NCBI GenBank assembly: GCA_040510255.1
Contig: JBEVJJ010000033.1
Location: 1-63,438 of the forward strand
Direction: 5' to 3'
DNA from: Nitrospiraceae bacterium
GTDB lineage: Bacteria; Nitrospirota; Nitrospiria; Nitrospirales; Nitrospiraceae
Length of the DNA stretch: 63,438 nt
The translations under genes and the position numbers were made by a program. Positions 8,616-19,400 of the stretch are shown piece by piece. Below the pieces are notes generated by a model. That model was not told the DNA's origin, made no database searches, and worked only from the letters and a program-made list of their open reading frames with translations. Positions within the stretch are counted from its first letter, which is position 1. Each line of letters begins with the position of its first letter.

Positions 8616-9739
8616 GGTACCCAGTCAGCCAGAAAGACATTGAACTCTCCGGGGCTCTTGGCGCCGCGGTCCGACACCCAGACGAGTTTCTTGTGGTCTG
8701 GAGACCACATCGGAAAACTGTTGAAGTTACCCTGAAAGGTCAGGCGCTCGAACTCGGTTCCATCGTCCTTGATACCATACAGATGAAAAGATGGGCGGCC
8801 GCTTCCTCCTCCTCTGGTTTCGGTATTGGAGGAGAAGACAATGTGCCGGCCATCAGGATAGAAAGAGGGCGCAAAATTCGAGGCACCATTGGCCGTCACT
8901 TGACGCTTTTCCGACCCGTCCGCATTCATCACAAAAATTTCCAATTGCCCCGGCTCCACAAGTCCTTGCGCCAACAGAGCTTGGTATCGCTCCAATTCCT
9001 CAGGCGAATGTACGTGCTGCGCACGATAGACGATACGCTGACTATCCGGGGAAAAGAATGGCCCGCCGTCATACCCTGGGTCATTGGTCAGCCGGCGCAC
9101 ATGCGTGCCATCGATATTCATTGCGTAGATGTCCAGATCCCCATCGCGGACGGAAGTCCAGACAATTGTCTTGCCATCCGGCGAGATCGTTGCTTCAGCG
9201 TCGTACCCTGGGGTGTTCGTCAGACGCTGCATCCCCTGCCCGTCTATCTTTACTGAAAAGATATCGTAGTCGTCCAGAGCCCAACGGTAGCTTCCATCCC
9301 GCTTCGGTTTGGGAGGACACATCGGGCTCTTGAGATGGGTCGACGAATACAAGACCCGTCGATTCCCCGGGAAAAAATATCCACACGTCGTCACGCCTAC
9401 ACCTGTGCTGACCATTCGAATTTTTCCACTATCTAGGTCCATCACATACATTTGATAACAACCGAGCGGCGTGTCGGCAGGGGTCAAGACATCCGCATAC
9501 GTGCCTGTTGTCCACTTGTTTGTTGATTGAAAAATAAGCTGTGTACCGTCAAAGGAAAAATATGCTTCTGCATTCTGGCGACCGACGGTCAACTGTCGAA
9601 CGTTCTTCAAATGACGTTCTGCCGGAACGCTTTCAATGATTGAGCTTTCCTTGCTAGCTGCGACTTCGGTTCTCAGAATCCCGAGACAACTGAGCCCAAT
9701 CCCCAATGCGATCGCAATCCCACCTTTACCGATGGCCAA
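8612..9739 (-). CDS. Periplasmic PD40 (TolB-type) beta-propeller repeat protein
   Basis: N-terminal hydrophobic signal/anchor, then repeated blades SPDGKTIVWTSVRDGDLDIYAMNIDG, SPDSQRIVYRA, YPDGRHIVFSSN and SPDHKKLVWVSDR. TTG start overlaps the M1 peptidase stop by 14 nt. Confidence 0.8.
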   Translation of the reverse strand: MAIGKGGIAIALGIGLSCLGILRTEVAASKESSIIESVPAERHLKNVRQLTVGRQNAEAYFSFDGTQLIFQSTNKWTTGTYADVLTPADTPLGCYQMYVMDLDSGKIRMVSTGVGVTTCGYFFPGNRRVLYSSTHLKSPMCPPKPKRDGSYRWALDDYDIFSVKIDGQGMQRLTNTPGYDAEATISPDGKTIVWTSVRDGDLDIYAMNIDGTHVRRLTNDPGYDGGPFFSPDSQRIVYRAQHVHSPEELERYQALLAQGLVEPGQLEIFVMNADGSEKRQVTANGASNFAPSFYPDGRHIVFSSNTETRGGGSGRPSFHLYGIKDDGTEFERLTFQGNFNSFPMWSPDHKKLVWVSDRGAKSPGEFNVFLADWVP

Positions 9740-11882
9740 AAATCACCTCGCTCGCCGCAGTCGTGTCCCATTCCCCTCGTGCCACGACTGAGCCCTCGTC
9801 AAAGACCACATAACTTTGCCATCCGTAGAAAAACAAAAGCCTTGTCATTTTGGCAACAGCCTCCGCTGTGTTTCCATATACGAAGGTCAAGACGCTTCCT
9901 CGCAGATGGCGTCTGGAACATGAAACCACGACCGCAAAAGTCGGGCCGTTGTACGTATGACCAGCCACGCGGAACCCCGACTCCGTCACCGCAAACCTCT
10001 CACCACAACTCTCTCGTATCAGCTCCGCCGGTACCGAATCCGGAGCATGGCCAAGCAGTAGGATCGAGCCATCCTCGTCGAGAGTTGGCTTAGCTGTAGC
10101 CATAATACGAGTTCTCTCGCCTTCGGGCTTCATTCCCTCCTGCACCTTGACTCGTTGGATGATGCCAGCGAATGGTGTTCGATCAACGGATTCGCCGGAG
10201 AATTGGATAATAGTCCGACGTGGGTCGGTCACAAACAGGTTTAGCATGGCCGGAAGTTCATCCCGCTCGAGACGTCGAAATAGGTGAAATTCTGGATCAA
10301 CGATCAGGGTCTGAGGAACAAACGACGTCGTGATTGACGCGCTCTGTTCAGCAGCCGCTAGGAGTATATGTTCTATCGCACGTGATCCATTTTCATTCTT
10401 AAGCCCCACATCAACCGGGATTCGATATGAGGCATTTTTCTGAATAAGTGTGACATTCGATTCATACGAAGGGGCCCCACTCGAGGAACGCGCCGCCTGT
10501 CGGACTCGCGCTTCAGTCACAATCAGTTGCGGCGCACCAGAACGCTCCACCCATTGGCCAAAGAACCATCGGAGATCTTGTCCCGTTACGCGGGTGAAGA
10601 CTCTCTCAACATCACTCCAGTCCACGTAGGAACCCATACCTTCATTCACTAAAGCTTTCAAACCACTCCAGAACTTGCTCTCCCCTATCTCACGCCGGAG
10701 CATATGGAAGACCATGGCGGCTTTCTGATATCCAATGGCATTGTCTTTTTCGTCAGTTTTCCGGGTAAATCGGGCTACAGGATAATCCTGGTCCCGTTTC
10801 ACATACACCGCATATCCGAATAGCATCAAACGACGTTGCTCCTTCGCCTGCACTTCGTCTCCTATCAGTTCATGATAGTAATAATTCGTCAGATACGTTG
10901 TAAGCCCTTCTACCCAGTTTGCACTATCGTGACGGTTATAGACCCCGTTCCCAATCCACGAATGCACAATTTCATGACCCAATGCATACGGCTGGGTATA
11001 GTGCCGCTTGATGATGGCGGCCCCAAGCAAGGTAAAAGAGGGCATGCCAAGTCCTGAAGAGAAGAAATTCTCGACGACTGCAAACTTCGGAAACGGATAC
11101 GGACCCAACAAGGGAATGTAAGCATCAAGATATCTCGCACAGGCATCGAGATATTCATCCGCCAAATGCGCATCCTCTTTGAACAAATACGCTCCAAGGC
11201 CAATCGATTGTCCGTTGGTCGCCTTCCACTCACGTGTCCTTACGACAAATTGATTGGCGGCAAGAGTGAGCGCTTCGTTCTTCGTCGGAACACTCCATTG
11301 ACCGGGGGAACGACCTTCAACCCCTTGACTGATGCTTACCCAGTTTGGCGGAAGCCTCACCGCGAGTTCATACGACGCGAGTGAGTCTGAAATGTCCGGG
11401 TACCAACGGCTTTCACTACCAAGGTACACTCCTTCAGGACCTATGTGGCCAGCAGTTTCGCTGGGTGTCACGAATCGGAGATGTCGCGGATCCCGCGGTG
11501 GGTCATTCACAGGCCCGCTATACCGCCACTTGATCGTCCAACGAGGCCGTGAGTCGGGCAAGTGGATTGTCACTAGATCACCTTCATAGCGGTCGAATTC
11601 CAGCACGACATCCCTATCGGCGACCCCATCCGAGATGACAGCTGAGACACGCTCTATGGAAAGGGAAGGAGCAAGAGAGAAGACGACAATTCGCCGGCTA
11701 TCCGGTACGTTGACTTGCGCTAGATCCGAACCAATAAGTTCATGTGAGTCGGGGCGGAGGTCAACAGAAAGGTCGTGATGTACGATCGACGGGCGATCCC
11801 CCTTCGGCTCTGCATACGCCGACGCTACCCAGAACGTAGAGATCACAAGAACACGGAAGATCAGAAAATGCCCTGGAATCAC
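9726..11882 (-). CDS. Exported M1-family (gluzincin) metallopeptidase with ~250-aa C-terminal extension
   Basis: Signal peptide MIPGHFLIFRVLVISTFWVASAYA/E. Zinc site HEIVHSW...WVEG. The exopeptidase GAMEN motif position reads GLGMPSF, i.e. degenerate. Confidence 0.8.
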   Translation of the reverse strand: MIPGHFLIFRVLVISTFWVASAYAEPKGDRPSIVHHDLSVDLRPDSHELIGSDLAQVNVPDSRRIVVFSLAPSLSIERVSAVISDGVADRDVVLEFDRYEGDLVTIHLPDSRPRWTIKWRYSGPVNDPPRDPRHLRFVTPSETAGHIGPEGVYLGSESRWYPDISDSLASYELAVRLPPNWVSISQGVEGRSPGQWSVPTKNEALTLAANQFVVRTREWKATNGQSIGLGAYLFKEDAHLADEYLDACARYLDAYIPLLGPYPFPKFAVVENFFSSGLGMPSFTLLGAAIIKRHYTQPYALGHEIVHSWIGNGVYNRHDSANWVEGLTTYLTNYYYHELIGDEVQAKEQRRLMLFGYAVYVKRDQDYPVARFTRKTDEKDNAIGYQKAAMVFHMLRREIGESKFWSGLKALVNEGMGSYVDWSDVERVFTRVTGQDLRWFFGQWVERSGAPQLIVTEARVRQAARSSSGAPSYESNVTLIQKNASYRIPVDVGLKNENGSRAIEHILLAAAEQSASITTSFVPQTLIVDPEFHLFRRLERDELPAMLNLFVTDPRRTIIQFSGESVDRTPFAGIIQRVKVQEGMKPEGERTRIMATAKPTLDEDGSILLLGHAPDSVPAELIRESCGERFAVTESGFRVAGHTYNGPTFAVVVSCSRRHLRGSVLTFVYGNTAEAVAKMTRLLFFYGWQSYVVFDEGSVVARGEWDTTAASEVIFGHR

Positions 11883-11915
11883 TCGGCACCGCGCAGGATT
11901 GAGAGAGGATGAAGC

Positions 11916-12695
11916 TTAACATTCTCGGCACACCATCACAAGCTGAACGGCCGTCAACAGCCGCTCAAGATCGACAGGTTTGCCAAGCACCTCTTGAGGC
12001 CCGAGTGCCCACGCCTCCTCGATGAGTTCTTCATTGCGATTGCCTGTCAGGAGGACAACGCCTCCCGCATATTCTTTCTCTCTCAGTGCTCGAAGCACAT
12101 CAATCCCGCTCATACCGGGAAGTAAAAGATCAAGCACCATCAAGTCCGGCTTGGTCTCGCCTATCATCGCAATGGCTTCGGGACCGTTGGTTGCGCTCTG
12201 GACTTGATACCCGCGCAACGTGAGAAATCGGAAGAGCAAGTCTCTCACCATCGCCTCATTATCGACAACGAGAATGGATTCATTCAACCTCGGAGCGGCC
12301 GAACCGAGTTTTGCCACGTATGCTTCACGACGAGACGTGTGCTGCGCGACCTGGTTTACGGCACCGATCAAGATATCCAACGAGAGACCTTTTCTTAGAA
12401 AGTCCGTAACACGCAACTCCCTCGCTTGGTTTTCCTGATCTTCGATTGATCCTCCCCCCAGGAGGATGACCCCGGCTGATGGATCATGAGCTCGGATTTC
12501 TTTCAGCACTGCCAGACCATCCATCTCCGGCATGCGTAAATCGAGAAGCGTCACCTGTGGACTGTGCGTGTGAAACAACTCCAGTGCGTCGCGTCCGCTG
12601 GTTGCCGTCATGACGTGATAACCCTGGCGCCTAAATACGGCCTGCAATAAATCACAATTGAGTCGATCGTCATCGACGACCAGGAGTGTACTCAT
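11916..12695 (-). CDS. Response regulator with two receiver (REC) domains and no output domain
   Basis: REC1 is LLVVDDD...VTLLDLRMPEMDG. REC2 is ILVVDNE...LMVLDLLLPGMSG...LGKP. GGAAGGGA SD. Confidence 0.85.
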   Translation of the reverse strand: MSTLLVVDDDRLNCDLLQAVFRRQGYHVMTATSGRDALELFHTHSPQVTLLDLRMPEMDGLAVLKEIRAHDPSAGVILLGGGSIEDQENQARELRVTDFLRKGLSLDILIGAVNQVAQHTSRREAYVAKLGSAAPRLNESILVVDNEAMVRDLLFRFLTLRGYQVQSATNGPEAIAMIGETKPDLMVLDLLLPGMSGIDVLRALREKEYAGGVVLLTGNRNEELIEEAWALGPQEVLGKPVDLERLLTAVQLVMVCREC

Positions 12696-12841
12696 AACGA
12701 ATCCCTTCCATACTCGTGCAGATCAGTGGGGAAGAACGGAGTCGGATCGGCAAACTACATTAGGGAGAACTAAGAGAAGCCTAACACAGATACGGGGATG
12801 CGAGAAGAAATTGCACAGTTCACGACATGACGCCTGGACTG

Positions 12842-13756
12842 CTAAAACAACGCGTCAACGAACGCTTCCGCATTGAAATCCTGGAGATCTTCGGCCGCTT
12901 CGCCAACACCTATGAGTCTCACTGGAATCCTTAATTCGTCCGCGATGGCCACCACAATTCCGCCTCGCGCTGTGCCGTCTAACTTGGTCACAACGAGTCC
13001 CGTCACTCCAACAGCTTCATGAAACTGTCTGGCTTGGAATAGCGCGTTTTGACCGACGGAGGCATCCAATATCAGCAGAACCTCGTGAGGTGCACCGGAA
13101 CCATCCTGACCCAGTACCCGCTTTATCTTACGCAATTCCTCCATGAGATTGACTTTGGTGTGCAGGCGACCAGCAGTGTCAATAAGAAGCACATCGGCTC
13201 CGCGCGACCTGGCGGCAGTCATTCCGTCGTACACGACAGCAGCCGGGTCTGCCCCGGGACGATGACGGATGACTTCCACACCTATGCGTTCGGCCCAGAC
13301 CTGCAGCTGCTCAATAGCTGCCGCCCGGAATGTATCTGCCGCCACAAGCAGAGGACGGCACCCCTGACCTGCCAACCGCTGAGCAAGTTTTGCAACTGTA
13401 GTCGTCTTACCAACTCCGTTCACGCCAACTATGAGAATGACGAATGGTTTAGGCCCTTTCTCGACCAATTCCAGGATGGACTGCGTTTGTACCGGCCACA
13501 ATACGTCCAACACTGTCCGTCGTAGTGCGCCTTTGACGTTATTGTCAGTTGCTGCCTCGGCGCCCCGCACTTCGTTCTTTACATGATCCATAAATTTTTC
13601 GACCACATGAACTCCAAGATCTGCACCGATGAGGGCGCTTTCTAGATCCGCGAGGAGCGCGGGATCTGGGTTTTTTCCCAACCATCGATCAAGTTGCGAG
13701 GTGACAGTCGTACGTGTTTTTGACAATCCCTCGCTGAGCTTTTGTAACCATCCCAT
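12842..13756 (-). CDS. ftsY: Signal recognition particle receptor FtsY
   Basis: GVNGVGKTTT, LIDTAGRLH and VVTKLDGTARGG. Start moved to ATG 13756 (MGWLQKLSEGLSKT, GAGGA SD); the longest ORF reaches 13819. Confidence 0.93.
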   Translation of the reverse strand: MGWLQKLSEGLSKTRTTVTSQLDRWLGKNPDPALLADLESALIGADLGVHVVEKFMDHVKNEVRGAEAATDNNVKGALRRTVLDVLWPVQTQSILELVEKGPKPFVILIVGVNGVGKTTTVAKLAQRLAGQGCRPLLVAADTFRAAAIEQLQVWAERIGVEVIRHRPGADPAAVVYDGMTAARSRGADVLLIDTAGRLHTKVNLMEELRKIKRVLGQDGSGAPHEVLLILDASVGQNALFQARQFHEAVGVTGLVVTKLDGTARGGIVVAIADELRIPVRLIGVGEAAEDLQDFNAEAFVDALF

Positions 13757-13805
13757 TATTGGTCCTCGAGTGGTTGACGCATCACGATCACACCTCGACC
13801 CGTGC

Positions 13806-14270
13806 CTAGCACCTTCCAATTAGAATTAGACGAGGCAGTGGATTTATTTGGCGACGCAAAATCAGCTCACGGCGACGCATACGACGAGCCTCTGGTTCAC
13901 CCCGTTCGTGATCGTAGCCGCATAGATGCAGGATACCATGAATCAGCAAGCCGACAAGTTCCTCATCAACAGAATGGTGTCGCGCGTGGGCCTGCCGCAA
14001 AGCCGCATGAACAGAAATCACGACATCGCCCAGCAATGAAGATCGTGGACCCGCCGCTTCACGCTGCGAAAATGCGAGGACATCGGTAGGAATATTTTTG
14101 CCTCGATATTCCAGATTCAATCGTTTCATTCGATGATCCCCGATGAGTTCAACATACAGCTCTGCACTCGACTCGCCGACGGCGTCCAATATGGCATTGG
14201 CGAGAGATGTAACGGCCTTTCGACGTATCTGTCTCCTTCGTCGAAGACGAATACGCACTTCGACTGACAT
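13806..14270 (-). CDS. ybeY: rRNA maturation endoribonuclease YbeY
   Basis: HGILHLCGYDH zinc motif. ATG 14270 overlaps the phoH stop (TAATG); the longest ORF reaches 14288. Confidence 0.92.
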   Translation of the reverse strand: MSVEVRIRLRRRRQIRRKAVTSLANAILDAVGESSAELYVELIGDHRMKRLNLEYRGKNIPTDVLAFSQREAAGPRSSLLGDVVISVHAALRQAHARHHSVDEELVGLLIHGILHLCGYDHERGEPEARRMRRRELILRRQINPLPRLILIGRC

Positions 14271-15328
14271 TAATGAGGCTGACCCCAAGTACCTTTGGTC
14301 GGACTATTTTTCCGAGAGGATTTTGACAACCGAGAAGATGATGCAGGTGCGGCGGACCTGAGATCAGAATGCAGATCCTTACCATTGTTTGTGCTATGGC
14401 GATCGTAGGCCTTAATGATCTCTTGAACCAGTCGATGACGAACCACATCTCGCTCACCAAAATATACGAACTCAATGCCGTCAATATTTCGCAGGATCTT
14501 TCGGATCTGAACCAGACCCGAAACTCGATCGGCAGGAAGATCAACTTGTGTGATATCACCTGTGACAACCGCTTTGGAGTGGAACCCCAATCTGGTAAGG
14601 AACATCTTCATTTGTTCCGCGGTTGCGTTCTGAGCTTCATCTAAGATGACAAAAGAGTCATTCAATGTTCGCCCACGCATGAAGGCGAGAGGTGCAATTT
14701 CAATTTCTCCACGTTCGATCAATCGGTTTGCACGCTCCATTTCCATCATGTCAAAGAGGGCGTCGTACAATGGTCTAAGATAGGGGTTCACTTTTGCGTA
14801 CATATCTCCAGGTAGAAACCCCAATTTTTCCCCAGCCTCGACCGCAGGTCGAGCAAGAATGATTCGACTGACTTCTTTTCTGATAAGAGCGCTAACCGCC
14901 ATCGCCATAGCCAGGTATGTCTTCCCTGTGCCGGCAGGACCTATGCCAATGACAACGTCATGCTTTTCAATGGCTTCAATATAAGCCTTCTGAGTGGGTG
15001 TCTTGGGGACTATGAACCGCTTCTTGGTTACAATGGGAGAGTTGAACAGGGCCTCTTTGAGTGGCGCGTCAGAATTATTTCGAAGCGCTGCGAGAGCATG
15101 CGTCACATCCTCCGGTGTTAGGTGAAACCCTTGATTCGCCAGACCTGCCAACTCCGTAACGACACGCTCGGCTTGCCGCGCTGCTTCCGGAATTCCGTCA
15201 ACCGAGAGTTCCTCGCCGCGCGCGAAAAGTCGGACTCCAAACTCCTCTTCAATAATTTTCAGATGCCGATCGTGATGACCAAAGAGAATATCCGTATTAG
15301 TCCCTTCGCGAAGCTTAATTTTTCGCAC
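14270..15328 (-). CDS. phoH: PhoH-like ATPase (YbeZ)
   Basis: Walker A GPAGTGKTYLA and Walker B ILDEAQN. Conserved phoH-ybeY gene pair. GTG start. Confidence 0.92.
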   Translation of the reverse strand: MRKIKLREGTNTDILFGHHDRHLKIIEEEFGVRLFARGEELSVDGIPEAARQAERVVTELAGLANQGFHLTPEDVTHALAALRNNSDAPLKEALFNSPIVTKKRFIVPKTPTQKAYIEAIEKHDVVIGIGPAGTGKTYLAMAMAVSALIRKEVSRIILARPAVEAGEKLGFLPGDMYAKVNPYLRPLYDALFDMMEMERANRLIERGEIEIAPLAFMRGRTLNDSFVILDEAQNATAEQMKMFLTRLGFHSKAVVTGDITQVDLPADRVSGLVQIRKILRNIDGIEFVYFGERDVVRHRLVQEIIKAYDRHSTNNGKDLHSDLRSAAPASSSRLSKSSRKNSPTKGTWGQPH

Positions 15329-15437
15329 TACTGCGTGTACCCTTTCTTGATAAGGAAAGTCAGTGGTATATTAGCAGAGGAAAAAGGAGAGGAACAAGAT
15401 CAACCAAGAGGCGAGACCGCAAAAATCTGAGGACTCG

Positions 15438-16478
15438 TTAGCCGCGTGAAGCCTTGCTCAGCGGCGATTGATCATTTGAAGGAACTGAGATTTCAAATTC
15501 CTGCCACGCCTCACCTCCCTGGCCATCCTCCACCACCACTTTGATCCGATGGATTCCTGACGAATCTGAAGCAATATTCCACATGATCTGGCCTGATGTT
15601 CTATCAATCGCCATTCCTGGAGGTGCAATGTCGAGTCTATAGAATAGAGAATCCCCATCAGAATCCTTGGCTTCAACGTGATAATCATACACACCCTGGT
15701 TCAACAATGGGGTCGGCTTGGAGAGAATTTGTGGTGACGCATTGCCCACAGTTACGGGAGCGGATTTATAAGGCACACCACTACCTTCTTGATCATGTGC
15801 CAATACCTCGACAACGATACTATCCTTACGTGAAAAATTCTCAGTGTCGATGGTATTATCGGCCCCTTCCTTCACTAATTTGTCGTTGCGCCACCAACGA
15901 AACAAGTACTGAATTTCGTCACCGTCAGGATCAATGGCATCTACCTTGGCTTTCATCAAACCTTGTACAGCTGGAGGTTCAAGTTCGACGATAACTCGAT
16001 TCACAATCGGACTGGTGTTCACCACTACAACGGGATCCGTTACATATGCGGGACTTTCTGTCTGACCATCCGAGGCAACCACTTCTACGCTAACTCGGTC
16101 ACCTCTTCTCAATAGGTCTGGGGTAATGCTGCGTGTGGTGACCTGGCGCAGAACATTCCCATTAACCAACCACCGATACTGGAAACCTAGTACGTTGCCG
16201 TCCTGGTCCTGAGCATCGACCTCGGCCAACAATGGACCATTTAGCACAAGAGGGTTTGGAGAAATGGTAACGGACCGGATGGAGGGATGATGGTTGACGT
16301 TGGGATCGGTTACCGGAATGTTGCTTGAATCATGCTGCGAATCGGGTGAGCAACCTATAGGTAAGGATCCAATGAGTAACCCCAACATTAGTAATGGCCA
16401 ACAGCACGGAACCGCAGACAAGCAGCTCCAGGCACCAGGTCGTTTTCTGTCGAGGCCGGTCTTCACATATTCATCCAT
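15438..16478 (-). CDS. Exported (possible lipoprotein) three-repeat Ig/cadherin-like (He_PIG-type) protein
   Basis: Signal peptide ending LPIG/C. Three ~90-aa repeats carry DQDGNVLGFQYRW, DPDGDEIQYLFRW and DSDGDSLFYRLDIAPPGMAIDRTSGQIMW...VVVEDGQGG...FEISV. ATG overlaps the pilY1 stop by 16 nt. Confidence 0.65.
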   Translation of the reverse strand: MDEYVKTGLDRKRPGAWSCLSAVPCCWPLLMLGLLIGSLPIGCSPDSQHDSSNIPVTDPNVNHHPSIRSVTISPNPLVLNGPLLAEVDAQDQDGNVLGFQYRWLVNGNVLRQVTTRSITPDLLRRGDRVSVEVVASDGQTESPAYVTDPVVVVNTSPIVNRVIVELEPPAVQGLMKAKVDAIDPDGDEIQYLFRWWRNDKLVKEGADNTIDTENFSRKDSIVVEVLAHDQEGSGVPYKSAPVTVGNASPQILSKPTPLLNQGVYDYHVEAKDSDGDSLFYRLDIAPPGMAIDRTSGQIMWNIASDSSGIHRIKVVVEDGQGGEAWQEFEISVPSNDQSPLSKASRG

Positions 16479-19400
16479 GAGAAGTACCGACTACGTGGGT
16501 CGACTGCTACACTTACGTCCCAACCACCTGCACAGGTTGAACAACTGGCAAAATTACCTTGGCTCATGTTGATCAATAGTTGGAATGGACTATTCCCATC
16601 TGAACCGGACCCGATATGAGCCACTGCACCGAACGCCAATCCTGATCCAATCGAGACAGATGTATTGACATTCTGGTTGGCCCCCGATCCCGACGTGCCG
16701 ATAATGGATTCCTGGTAGGCACTTCCTGTTTTGTAGAAAAGTGCAAACAACTTGCTCGTACCCGAAGAGGCGCATACGTCATTGGTCGGTGTGAACGTAG
16801 GGAAAAAGACGATTCCACCGAACACTGTCGGGGGGTTCACAACTCGTTCACCGATACCGTACGGAGTCGGTTGTCCGGGAGGGTTTGCAGGTTCGAGAAG
16901 ACTGATGAACCAACCGTCTTTGTTCTGAACATGGCTTATCAACTGGCTAAATGTATTGACTCCGGATGCGACTCCAGTTACCTGGTTAGTTCCGCTCGAT
17001 TGCCCACAATCTCCAATACCCACGACGCAGACCTTGGCGCCCGACATGTCAACCAGATCATCCTCCATGCAATTCGTGATGCCGGAGGCTTGATTGCAAC
17101 CAGTGTTCAAAACCGAGTCCTTCAAACCCACAAAGTACTGAGTCGACGTGTCAGTCTTGTCGGAAGCGGAATGGTAACGACCACTTCCGGCAAATACCCA
17201 GATGTTTGCCGCATCATCGATCGCTAGTCCGGGCGCTGCAGAGACTGGGCCCATTTCCTTTGTCGGGCTCGCGCCTAGCGGAAAATTATCCAACATCTCC
17301 GTCGGAACTCGATTGCTTCCCGAAGTAATACCCCATGCTGTTGGACTCGTGGCCCCACCAAAAGGAGCTGACTGAGCGGTGGTTAACCTGTAGATCTTCC
17401 CCCGCCACGGCGGGGTGCCATCATCGATGGAGCGACCGAAATAGAGAGCATCATGTCGAAAATCGAGATTCTTATCAAAGCCAACAATGTCCCCGATATA
17501 GGAATTCAACGAACCCACTGGCAACGTGGTCACAAGGCTGTTGTTCGATCCCGGTCCGGTTACAAGGTCTACGACATAGATCGCCGCGCTTTGGGAAGTT
17601 GTTGCTCCATACCCGGTCGGTCCTGAGCCTGCTACCATGTACCATTTGGCATTCGTATTGCTGGCCTTTGCATCACCACTTGGGTTTACTCTCACAATAG
17701 CAGGCAGGCTAGTTGAGAGACCCATCCCTGAACTTGAAAAGGACCACAGAAGCTTGGGCGGAACCTCAGGGTTTGTCACGTCAAGCGCAAAATACGCACT
17801 GTAGAAATTGTAATTCGTTCCCCCAATGTTGACCGTCATCGGCGGAGCTCCGGATCCTGCCACGCAAGCTCCACAACTTCCTCCCAGACGGAAACCTCCG
17901 ATGAGAATGGTCCCCCAGCCGTTGGGATGGTCTGCATCTGCCGAGAAAATTCGAGCGTCAGCCACCGTCAAAGGGAGGTCAACATAGTATACGTGCTGAT
18001 AATCAGCCTTGGTAAGAAAATCCAGCTGAGGCAATAACTGATAAGGAATAAACCCCCAGAGCTCATCGCCGAGTTGCGGCCCTGCAGAATTATCTGTGGG
18101 AGTCCTGGTAAAATAGCCATGTTCAATAACAGGGGATGCCGAGGTTCCGGTGCTTGGATCATCGCCGGTATGGTAATAGCCGGCGTTGAATGCATGCAGC
18201 ATCCCATCGTTGCCACCCACATATGCCACTTGGCGGCGATTATGGTACTGAAGTAGATACGAACCATAACTCGTGTCGCCATATTTGACGTCGTAGCGAT
18301 CCTTCGGGGCTGCCACTACCGTAGGTGTGGAGTGGATGACATCTCCCAGCTTCCAAACCTTGAGAGTCCCACTTAGAGGTGGGACCTGCAAACGGCGGTC
18401 TCGCGTTGTCGCCTGATCTGCACAAGCGGTGACGTCACAACCTCTAATGAAATTGATAATCTTGTCCCCTTCAGTCGTATTGGCTGCACGCAGATATGGA
18501 TAAAGAGTACTTGAGTTGGCTGTCGTAAATGGAATCTGTTCCCCCGTATCGACGACACCATCGTGGTCGGAATCAACCCAGGTAAGAATCGTTCTTGTAC
18601 TTGCATCCCTCAAAGCCAGTTGCTTGCCGGCTTCCCAAATGGGAAGGATATCGCTGAGGAGCCCATTGCACGGGTTGCAGTCTTCTGGATACTTCACTAC
18701 GCCATCGCTGTTCTTATCATCCGGCAATCCATCTCCATTCAGATCTTCAAACTTATCCACTTTGACGAGATTTGCCGCCGTATCAAAACGCGTTTTTACA
18801 ATTCGATCATTCTTATAATCCAGTTTCTTGTTGCCATCCGTATCCTCCCGGATATTTCCAAACGTATCGATAAAAAGACTGTGGGTGAAGCCCGTCCATT
18901 TCACATCGTTCAGAGTTGTGGGCTCAAGTGTGGTGGGATAGAAATAGGATTGATACAAGGCTCCTTCACCAGTCGAGGCGGTGGCAAGTACGGACACTGA
19001 AGAGCCTGACGAACTACGTCTCAAGATGCTCGCGATAGTAGCGAGCATCTTGTCTTGCAAATCATCGACATTAGCGGATTCAAAATAAGCATCTGGAATA
19101 CCATCGGGAACCGCTGCCCCGCTATAGTTGTTCTCTTTGTCCCATTCGCCGGTTTGCGGAATGCCGTCGCCATTGGCATCCTCAAATCCGCCGAGCCGGG
19201 CAGTTTGCGCAAGAATTCCTCGCCCATTGATATTTCCAAAAGCAAAGAAAGAATACACCGTAATATTTTGAGTGCCGGGGAGGCAGTGTCCAGCCACACT
19301 GAGTACAGCAATCGTCCCATCCGCCGTACCATTGCAAGGCCGTAAGTCATTCGTATGCGCCCAATAGGCTACCTCGTCGAGATAATGGCCCCCGTTATCA

